From a virus: a DNA stretch of 64,000 nucleotides. The stretch lies in the IMG/VR virus record IMGVR_UViG_3300027749_000066, positions 33,487-97,486 of that record; one strand, written 5' to 3'. Position numbers and translations under genes: made by a program. Below, piece after piece: positions 41,290-47,929 of this stretch. How positions within the stretch are numbered: the stretch's first letter is position 1; each line of letters begins with the position of its first letter. Below the pieces are notes generated by a model. It worked only from the letters and a program-made list of their open reading frames with translations, did no database searches and was not told the origin of the DNA.

Positions 41290-41593
41290 GTTGTCAGGGT
41301 ACCAGCTCCAAGTGAACGCAAGGTGAACGGACGGTGGAATCGGGGTGAATGTTGAAGATTCACCTGCTGTTCACCTTCCCTTTATGTGAATGAATTTTGA
41401 ATGAACAGAAGATGAACAAAAGGTGAAATGTTTTATTCACCATGTGTTAACCTAAAGTTCACCGAATGTTCATGTTGGGCGGGTGCATTCTTCCGCAGAA
41501 AAAGAAAGCGGAGCACCCGCCGCCGACTTTTCCACAGGTTTGTCCACAGGCTGGGTGCTGCTGGCCCCCGCCCGAAGGCGGGGGCCGAGTGGA

Positions 41594-42214
41594 TCAGGCT
41601 CCGATGCTCATCATCTTCCGGAAGATTGCGAGGGTGATCTCGGCGTCAACCTCGGCACGATGGCTGAACGGAACGTGAATCCCGAACCGCTCGGCAGTGG
41701 CCTTCAGGTTGTGACGACCCTCGGTGAACATGAGTCGGGACATTCCGAGAGTGCAGAACGTGCCAACCTTGGGAGCCTTGACTCCGGCTCGGTGCAATTC
41801 CACCACGATGAACGAATGATCGAACGATGCGTTGTGCGCCACGAATGTTGCGTTCCGCATCATCTCCCGAACCTTGGGGGCGATGTCTGCGAACGTCGGA
41901 GCGTGCATCACCATCGCATCAGTGATGCCGTGAATCTCGGTGGCACCAGTGTCGCGGTTCGGGTTCACCAGTGACACGAACCGACGAACCTCGCGACCCT
42001 TGGCGTCGATGCGGATCATTGCGATTTCGATGATCCGTTCCGAATGGGCATCCAAGCCAGTGGTCTCAACATCGACAACCACGCGATCGCCCGAGCGCAG
42101 AAGATCGCGAACGATGTTGTAGGTGCAATGGGCGAGAGTGAGAAACGCTCCCACGATGCATGATGCGATGACGAACCCGACAGGCTCGGAGACTGCGGAG
42201 TAGACAGTGTTCAT
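41594..42214 (-). CDS. DEDDh 3'-5' exonuclease (DnaQ-like) with N-terminal hydrophobic helix
   Basis: DVETTG, HGIT, VAHNASFD, HRAEVDA; RBS AAGGAG; stop in hairpin A. Confidence 0.9.
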   Translation of the reverse strand: MNTVYSAVSEPVGFVIASCIVGAFLTLAHCTYNIVRDLLRSGDRVVVDVETTGLDAHSERIIEIAMIRIDAKGREVRRFVSLVNPNRDTGATEIHGITDAMVMHAPTFADIAPKVREMMRNATFVAHNASFDHSFIVVELHRAGVKAPKVGTFCTLGMSRLMFTEGRHNLKATAERFGIHVPFSHRAEVDAEITLAIFRKMMSIGA

Positions 42215-42384
42215 GATTTCTCCTTGCTAGGTGCCGGTGGACTCTCCCCCGACAAAGACAAGTATTGCAGGCCCAAGTGAACATAGGATTGTGGGAAGGT
42301 GAACAGAAGGTGAATTCATTTGTTCATCAAAAATTCATCTGTTTTTTATGAAGATGAATTCTTGGTGAATTTTGAGCTAAATTT

Positions 42385-42759
42385 TTGTCCACAGGGTTAT
42401 CCACAGGCGGCGGCCGTGCATCCGAGGAACGAGGATGGCACGCACGGCCGCCATCCACAGGTTTTTCCACAGGCTGTGGATAACTTTCGGTTGTCCACAG
42501 GTTTTTCCACAGGCGGGGAGAAGTTGTCCACAGGTGAGGGGAGTTCTCCACAGGGTTGTCCACAGGTTGCCTGTGGATGAGGGTGTGGAAAACTGTTGTC
42601 CACATGGTTGTCCACAGAGGCTGAGTGGTTGTCCACAGTTTCCACAGGTTTGTCCACAGGTTTGTCCACAGGCGCAGATCCTGGAGGCAGTGGTTGTCCA
42701 CAGGGCTGGGGAAAACCCTGTGGACAACGAGCCTGGGCCTGTGGAGTGAGTTTTCCACA
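42385..42759. repeat. oriC-like cluster of >20 DnaA boxes
   Basis: TTGTCCACA/TTATCCACA/TTTTCCACA and reverse, many at 12-bp spacing, next to AT-rich 42300-42385. Confidence 0.88.
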
Positions 42760-42774
42760 GGCCCAGCCGTCGGG

Positions 42775-43020
42775 TCAGAGCCAGTCGCCGGGATTCAGGA
42801 ATGCATCGGAACACTCTCGGCAGATGAGATCTCCCGAATCCATGTTCTGATATGTCGGATGCCATCCAGTGATCTCCCCATCCGTGACGATGGCGCCGAT
42901 GGGTTCACTGGCACAGTAGTGGCAGTTGTCGGCCAATGGCATTCCGATGCGCTCGGATGTTTCGATGAGAAACTCATCGGCGATGTGGCAGATGTTCGCG
43001 GTGTTCGGGTTGATGGTCAT
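42775..43020 (-). CDS. zinc-finger-like small protein
   Basis: CHYC..CREC; RBS GAAAGAG. Confidence 0.65.
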   Translation of the reverse strand: MTINPNTANICHIADEFLIETSERIGMPLADNCHYCASEPIGAIVTDGEITGWHPTYQNMDSGDLICRECSDAFLNPGDWL

Positions 43021-43077
43021 TGTGTTCTCTTTCGTGTGTTCTGGTTGGTGTTGGGTTGGGATGGAAGGACAGCGTGG

Positions 43078-43526
43078 GTCCGGCACCGGAGTGCCGGACC
43101 CTGCCGGTCAGATCGACACTCGGCCAGTGTCTCGGGCGAGGTAGACAACCGGAATCAGATCATGGTGTGGGGACACCATCGTGTAGTAGTTTCCGTTGGT
43201 GTGGCCGTGGATGCCCCGACCGTTCTGATCGATGAATCCCGGAGCGCACACTGCCGATGAGAACGTGTAGCCGAGAGTGTTGAGGATGGTGATGGTGGTA
43301 TCAATCCGATCGGAGTGATGCATCATCGGGACGCTGTAATCCGCCTCGGTGAGTAGAGCCTCTACGACTGAGGCGATGGTCTCGGCCGAGAGTCGGATGG
43401 TGGTGGTGGTGGTGTTCGGGTTGGTGTTCATTGTGTATTCCTATCTGTTCTAGTTGGTTGGTTTGTTGGTGTGGAAGGACTACCGGAGCGGGTCCGGCAC
43501 CGGAGTGCCGGACCCTGCCGGTATCA
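43078..43526. repeat. hairpin-C pair GGTCCGGCAC-CGGA-GTGCCGGACC
   Basis: 43077-43110 and 43491-43526, each abutting an ORF stop; partial third copy at 44011. Confidence 0.75.
43108..43431 (-). CDS. hypothetical protein
   Basis: RBS AGGA; poly-Thr N-terminus. Confidence 0.65.
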   Translation of the reverse strand: MNTNPNTTTTTIRLSAETIASVVEALLTEADYSVPMMHHSDRIDTTITILNTLGYTFSSAVCAPGFIDQNGRGIHGHTNGNYYTMVSPHHDLIPVVYLARDTGRVSI

Positions 43527-43979
43527 CCAGCCGGAGCCGGTGGGGAAGTTGGAGCCGGTGAACCAGCGGAGGAGCGCAGCCGCTTCCGGCATCGTGACGG
43601 TACCGTGTTGGGTGATTTCGCAGCCACCATCGAACGTGGTGGTTTGAACCTTCACGCGGCCCGCCTCGTAGATGGTGGCAGTGAGGCTAGCGCCGGTAGC
43701 GTTGTGAGCGGTTACTTCGACGTAGTTGTTGAACACATCAGTGCAATACACCTCGGCATCGTTCTGACCGCAGTAGGCAATCCATCGGATGACTCCGTGG
43801 AGTCGGCTAGCCGGTGATGCCATGAGTGCGAGGTAGCCGCGGGCGTGGGCGTTGGCGTTGGGCGTGTAGCCGTGGCGCAGGTCGGCCATGCTTCCGGCGA
43901 ACATGACCCACGACTCTACGAGCGCCGGAATATCCGCCGGTCGGGGAGTGGTGGTGGTGGTGGTGGTTGCGTTGGTCAT
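43524..43979 (-). CDS. hypothetical protein (family with 40050/40879)
   Basis: VESWVMFAGSM similar to VPAWVLFLGHM; RBS GAAAGG. Confidence 0.65.
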   Translation of the reverse strand: MTNATTTTTTTPRPADIPALVESWVMFAGSMADLRHGYTPNANAHARGYLALMASPASRLHGVIRWIAYCGQNDAEVYCTDVFNNYVEVTAHNATGASLTATIYEAGRVKVQTTTFDGGCEITQHGTVTMPEAAALLRWFTGSNFPTGSGW

Positions 43980-44378
43980 GGCTGACCCTTTCGGTGAGTG
44001 GGTGCCGGTCGGTCCGGCACCTCGGTACTGCGTAGTCAGACTACACCCGCGGGGGGGGGGCCGCGCCAGTTTTGGGGCCGATTTCTGATCGGATTTGGTG
44101 GTCATATGTCACACCGATTTCGGCCACATCGTCGGCCGAACTGTGCTAGGGGAGCTCGAGGTCAATCTCCACCAGATCGGTGGGGATTGTACCCCACCAG
44201 TTTAGTGGGGAAGCCAGGATCTGGGATAGAGGGCAGCCTTGTCTGAGCGTGTGTTAAATTTTTGTCTTTTTTTGGTTTGACAAATAAAATTGCCCTTCAA
44301 GCTGGGGGTGTGCTTGAGGGGCGGGGGGTTGCTTTTTTTGTTTTTTTGTGTGTTGGGGCTAGATGTCCCAGTTGGGGG

Positions 44379-44489
44379 CTAGATGTCCCAATTTGGGGCT
44401 TCGTCGGGTTCGTCGTCCCATTGGATTTCGTCGGGATAGTCGGGGATGGGGATGGTTTCGGGTTCGATTTCGATGATTGTGGGGGTCAT
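44379..44489 (-). CDS. 36-aa acidic peptide
   Basis: MTPTIIEIEPETIPIPDYPDEIQWDDEPDEAPNWDI, TAATG-coupled. Confidence 0.45.
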   Translation of the reverse strand: MTPTIIEIEPETIPIPDYPDEIQWDDEPDEAPNWDI

Positions 44490-44695
44490 TATTCTTCTTC
44501 TTCGTAGTCGTATTCGTATTCGGCGTCTTTTTTGGCTTGTTGGAGGGCGATTGTGAGCATTCCGATGGTTTCGTAGGCTGCGAGTTCTTCGTCTGTGTCA
44601 ATTTCGATGCCGAGGTGTCCGTCTTCGTCTAGTACTTTGCTGATGATGATGGTGCCGAGTGTGATTCCGGTGTTTTGTTCGGTGTTTTCGTCCAT
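44489..44695 (-). CDS. small acidic protein, leaderless
   Basis: TGATACACT 6 nt before ATG. Confidence 0.65.
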   Translation of the reverse strand: MDENTEQNTGITLGTIIISKVLDEDGHLGIEIDTDEELAAYETIGMLTIALQQAKKDAEYEYDYEEEE

Positions 44696-44763
44696 GTGTT
44701 TAGTGTATCATGGTGGTGTTTTTGTGGCGATGGGGGTTTGGCCGGTTTTTTGTTGCGGTTGTG

Positions 44764-45378
44764 TTACTTTTTGTTGGCTTGGTGGATTGCTTTGGCGAAT
44801 CCGTTGGGTGTGACCGATCTTTTTTCGGCTCTGTCGGCGCTTGGTGGTAGGTTGTTGAGTTTGTTTTTGTTGGTTGGTTGTACATATTTTGTTTCTGGCA
44901 TGATGAAGCCGTTTCCGGTCCATAGGCAGGTGCGTTTGTAGTAGGCTTCTTCTTCTGGGTTGTCTAGGTAGCCTGCGTAGTCTGTTGGTTGGAAGATGTA
45001 GTCGGGTTTTCTCCAGTATGTTGAGATGGTTGATACTGGGTTTTCGATCATGTATGGTGCGTCGGACCATTCTGCGATTTTTACGCAGGCTTCTACGACT
45101 TGGAGGGCTTCGACTAGACCTGTGAGGCCTTTGTCGTGGAAGTATCGGGCGCCGGAGACTGCGACGTTTGTGCAGGGTGGAAATCCGAATACTATTTCGT
45201 ATTCTGTTCTTGGTGGAAGCCATTTGGTGATGTCAGCACCGATTGTGGTGAGATTTCCGGTTTTTTTGGTTCCTTTGGGGTGTTGTGTGTCTACGATCAT
45301 GCATTCGTAGCCTGCTTCCAGCCACGGTTGGACGATGTTCCCTGTTTTGTCACAAAGTGATAGTACTAGTTTTGTCAT
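44764..45378 (-). CDS. C5 cytosine DNA methyltransferase (short phage type)
   Basis: VLSLCD.TG, FPPCT, IENPV, YYKRTCLW, RSVTPNGFA. Confidence 0.85.
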   Translation of the reverse strand: MTKLVLSLCDKTGNIVQPWLEAGYECMIVDTQHPKGTKKTGNLTTIGADITKWLPPRTEYEIVFGFPPCTNVAVSGARYFHDKGLTGLVEALQVVEACVKIAEWSDAPYMIENPVSTISTYWRKPDYIFQPTDYAGYLDNPEEEAYYKRTCLWTGNGFIMPETKYVQPTNKNKLNNLPPSADRAEKRSVTPNGFAKAIHQANKK

Positions 45379-45407
45379 TTGTCAAGTTTATCATGTTTTG
45401 TATGGCA

Positions 45408-45433
45408 GAAAAGACCCCTTCGGGGGTCTTTTC
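45408..45433. terminator. bidirectional terminator
   Basis: GAAAAGACCCC-TTCG-GGGGTCTTTTC. Confidence 0.85.
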
Positions 45434-45475
45434 TTGTGCTGCTTAGGGTTTATCGCCCTCCGATTGATTATTTTA

Positions 45476-45694
45476 TCATAGAACGGGGTGATTGTCAGGG
45501 ATTTGTTTGTCATTAAATACGATTTCATGACCGTAGAGGCGAATTACTGGGACGCACGGGTCATCTCCATTATCCCACATTTCTATTTCTTTGTCACTCA
45601 TCGGTATTCCGTCGTGTGTGTCACATACCGGGTTTGAAATCCACCCTTTTGCGACACCGTATGTTAACCATTCGTTGTATTTTTCCCAACTCAT
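45476..45694 (-). CDS. hypothetical protein
   Basis: GW.S.PVC.THDG...GDDPC pattern. Confidence 0.7.
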   Translation of the reverse strand: MSWEKYNEWLTYGVAKGWISNPVCDTHDGIPMSDKEIEMWDNGDDPCVPVIRLYGHEIVFNDKQIPDNHPVL

Positions 45695-45915
45695 CTTTGA
45701 ACCTCTTCAATATTGGAGAATAATTGTTCTTCTGTTAGCTTTGATGATATTGATAAGATCTTTGGTGTTACTGGAGAAGTTGTTTTAACTTCGTGTGGTC
45801 CTATTGCACCACAAAACCAGCATTTTTGGGGGTTAAACTTATCAATACTCCAAGCACAACCACATTCACATAGGAAAGCTTTAACATATTTTGTAGAAGA
45901 ATCCATTGACTTCAT
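45691..45915 (-). CDS. zinc-ribbon protein
   Basis: CECG..CWFC. Confidence 0.55.
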   Translation of the reverse strand: MKSMDSSTKYVKAFLCECGCAWSIDKFNPQKCWFCGAIGPHEVKTTSPVTPKILSISSKLTEEQLFSNIEEVQR

Positions 45916-45936
45916 GATATCACAAAAAACGGGATA

Positions 45937-46245
45937 TTAGGATTTCTTCAGCTTATTATTCTTTAAATATAGATGAACCTTATATAGAACTAGATAGCCT
46001 ATAAGGTCGTCTATAACATCTTCATCTTCGTCTTCTTGTTGGTTTAGTACCCTTGATAGTTTATCGTCTATGCGAACTTTGAGTGCATCTCCTGTATCAC
46101 CTTTGTGGAAGATACTTACTGGTTCAAGGGCGGAGTTGCCGTATTTCCTATTTTTTGTGATAAGTAGTTCTTTGATTTCATCACATTTTTTTGCTATAAG
46201 TGTGGGTACGTCCATGTGTTCTCCTGTGCTCTGAGAGGTCATTAT
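45937..46245 (-). CDS. Nmad1/DUF1599-like all-alpha NTP-pyrophosphatase
   Basis: KNRKYGNSA, RIDDKLSR, DLIGYL. Confidence 0.8.
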   Translation of the reverse strand: MMTSQSTGEHMDVPTLIAKKCDEIKELLITKNRKYGNSALEPVSIFHKGDTGDALKVRIDDKLSRVLNQQEDEDEDVIDDLIGYLVLYKVHLYLKNNKLKKS

Positions 46246-46387
46246 ATTGCCTTCTAAGAGGTTTGAAATACGTTTTAAGGTATTCTTGCTGCTCTTCAAG
46301 TTTATCAAGGTTTATTGAGGTTTTTGGGGTTTGTTGGTTACTAGATACTAATCTGGCGACCGGACCGAGATTACATTATAACAACGA

Positions 46388-46681
46388 TTATCTAATTTTT
46401 TTCTTATCAAAATAGATTCGTTGCATCTCAAGTTGAGCATATGATTCATTAGATGAATAGTATACCTTGGCATATGCTTCTCTTGCTACATCATCAAAAG
46501 CATCGCATCGGGGATTCTGACAGATGTACAATGCTTTGTAATTCTCGGGTTGAGCTGTAACATGGATTGCATCAACAAGATCGCACTTCTTATTACAGTA
46601 GGTGCAGAACTTTTCGGGATATGGAAAGTTTGCTATCCTCTTACCTATAAGTTTTCCTCTGAAATATTCAGATAAGATCAT
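46388..46681 (-). CDS. zinc-binding hypothetical protein
   Basis: CTYC..CQNPRC. Confidence 0.65.
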   Translation of the reverse strand: MILSEYFRGKLIGKRIANFPYPEKFCTYCNKKCDLVDAIHVTAQPENYKALYICQNPRCDAFDDVAREAYAKVYYSSNESYAQLEMQRIYFDKKKIR

Positions 46682-46977
46682 TTATCAATTATATCAGATG
46701 AAGACATTGTTGGATGTGACTTTTCATGTTCTACTTGCCAAATTTGAACATTATCAAGTCTTTCATCAAGGCGATCAACTTTTGAATCTATCCCACCAAC
46801 TTGATTGCTGAGATGATTAAGCAATGTTTGATTTTGTTCGTTAATTTCTTTACCTTCTAGATGTTGTGCTGTATTTTCTTTGCGAAACCTTTGAACAAAA
46901 ACTGCTCCAAGTGTTGTAATAAAAGCTACTGAAATTGGTACAATGACAATCTGTGCAACATCTAAGAATGAACTCAT
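46678..46977 (-). CDS. membrane protein with coiled coil (DUF2746-like)
   Basis: N-terminal TM, KVDRLDERLD; RBS AGGAG. Confidence 0.65.
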   Translation of the reverse strand: MSSFLDVAQIVIVPISVAFITTLGAVFVQRFRKENTAQHLEGKEINEQNQTLLNHLSNQVGGIDSKVDRLDERLDNVQIWQVEHEKSHPTMSSSDIIDK

Positions 46978-47258
46978 TGTAAATAATTACTCCTAATATT
47001 TATGCATTCATTAGGAATGCTATTCAATAAGTTTAGCAAATTTCATTTTATGAAGCCACCTATGGAGCCTCTTGTATAATGCAAGTTCAAGAAAAGTTGC
47101 GTGATATGCGCGAGTTCCTGAAATCTTGTGGTATAGTCAATATTGACAACAGAAAAACCTGCTGTGATCACAATAAAGGGTACATTGATTAGGATTTCAT
47201 TAGCTTAATGCTAGAAATCCTCTTTGGCAACCCTTGATACAAAAGTGTTTTTTATTTT

Positions 47259-47312
47259 CCTTTAAAGCCTTTAAAGCCTTTAAAGCCTTTAAAGCCTTTA
47301 AAGCCTTTAAAA
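47259..47312. repeat. 9-bp tandem repeat (CCTTTAAAG)x6
   Basis: Five perfect units plus one variant in a divergent AT-rich intergenic region. Confidence 0.92.
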
Positions 47313-47539
47313 CTTTTTATTAAAAAATACACTGAATAAAGTAATTACTAATAATCTATTATTAAATTCTTTATCTTTCAGCTTTTAAAAACATTGGTAA
47401 CAAGGCTTGTAGCCTTAAAGCGCACATGGGGTGCGTCTTTTTGTTGTTTCAAAGTTCTTGGTGGAACCGGTTGCGATCCGTGATATGATGCTTGGATTCC
47501 CCTTGGAAGGCTTGGGGCGAACAGGCATAGGAGCCACCG

Positions 47540-47929
47540 TTGAACGATTACTTTAAATTTCTCATGTTTGAACTTCCTTCTATCACTGAAGAATTTGATA
47601 CTGATTCAGAACGTGTACATGAGATCTGCGTACTTCTTGCTGTAGATGGGAAAGATATTCCAGAGACTTTCTATCGTCTCTATGTCACCCCCATTGGTGT
47701 TGATCAAACTTTGATGAATAATGCGATGTCGTATTTTACGGGCGCAGGATTTCTTAATATCAAGTGTGATTGTGAAATTGATTCACAAAATTACTGTGAA
47801 CTTGCTTTGACTGATGATAATATCTTTTATGATATGGGCCAGCAGGATCGTGAGAACATGAGTGAGAATTATGTTAGAATCTATAAGGAGATCAAGACCC
47901 TTCATATGGAGTTGAGTGAATGCTGGTAA
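47540..47929 (+). CDS. hypothetical protein
   Basis: RBS AGGAG, TTG start. Confidence 0.65.
   Translation: MNDYFKFLMFELPSITEEFDTDSERVHEICVLLAVDGKDIPETFYRLYVTPIGVDQTLMNNAMSYFTGAGFLNIKCDCEIDSQNYCELALTDDNIFYDMGQQDRENMSENYVRIYKEIKTLHMELSECW

Larger units (their letters stand above)
37652..41596 (-). repeat. hairpin-A family: six 39-bp repeats that begin with the ORF stop codon
   Basis: 37652-37690, 38318-38356, 38757-38795, 39355-39393, 40843-40881, 41558-41596; minus strand TGATCCACTCGGCCCCCGCC-TTCG-GGCGGGGGCCAGCAG. Confidence 0.92.
39750..42372. promoter_or_regulatory. arrays of 11-bp-periodic GTTCAY units (PHO-box-like)
   Basis: In-phase runs e.g. 39852-39912 (6 units), 40712-40750 (4), 41435-41473 (4); reverse runs 41312-41350, 41401-41428, 42299-42315. 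Confidence 0.7.
33004..42452. repeat. hairpin-B family: 14 dispersed 42-46 bp GC-clamped hairpins, most bulged
   Basis: Starts 33004, 34334, 34935, 35571, 36204, 36802, 37567, 38252, 38694, 39268, 39917, 40755, 41478, 42409; GCGG(G/C)CG...CG(C/G)CCGC with covarying inner stems. Confidence 0.85.

Noticed and set aside
37652-41596. CRISPR array
   Set aside because: Intervals are 400-1500 bp and contain whole genes. No cas operon is present, and the Cas4-like gene is a typical stand-alone phage exonuclease.
33004-42452. Canonical integron attC sites
   Set aside because: No RYYYAAC...GTTRRRY ends and no IntI in the window; kept only as an analogy.
42320-42865. Overlapping ORFs across the DnaA-box cluster
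   Set aside because: Repetitive translations (VDN/LWT/CGQ) are by-products of TGTGGA repeats.
40605-44208. NrdR boxes
   Set aside because: Palindromes are 15 bp with 25-27 bp spacing rather than 16 bp with ~31 bp, and are far from nrdJ.
34172-44246. Numerous + strand ORFs in the GC-rich island
   Set aside because: Antisense to leftward genes that have RBS or promoters and terminators; expected by chance at high GC.
34170-44260. Host contamination or chimeric assembly
   Set aside because: No housekeeping genes. Hairpin B, CTCGAGCT and the promoter-spacer motif continue into the AT-rich flanks. Not fully excluded without reads.
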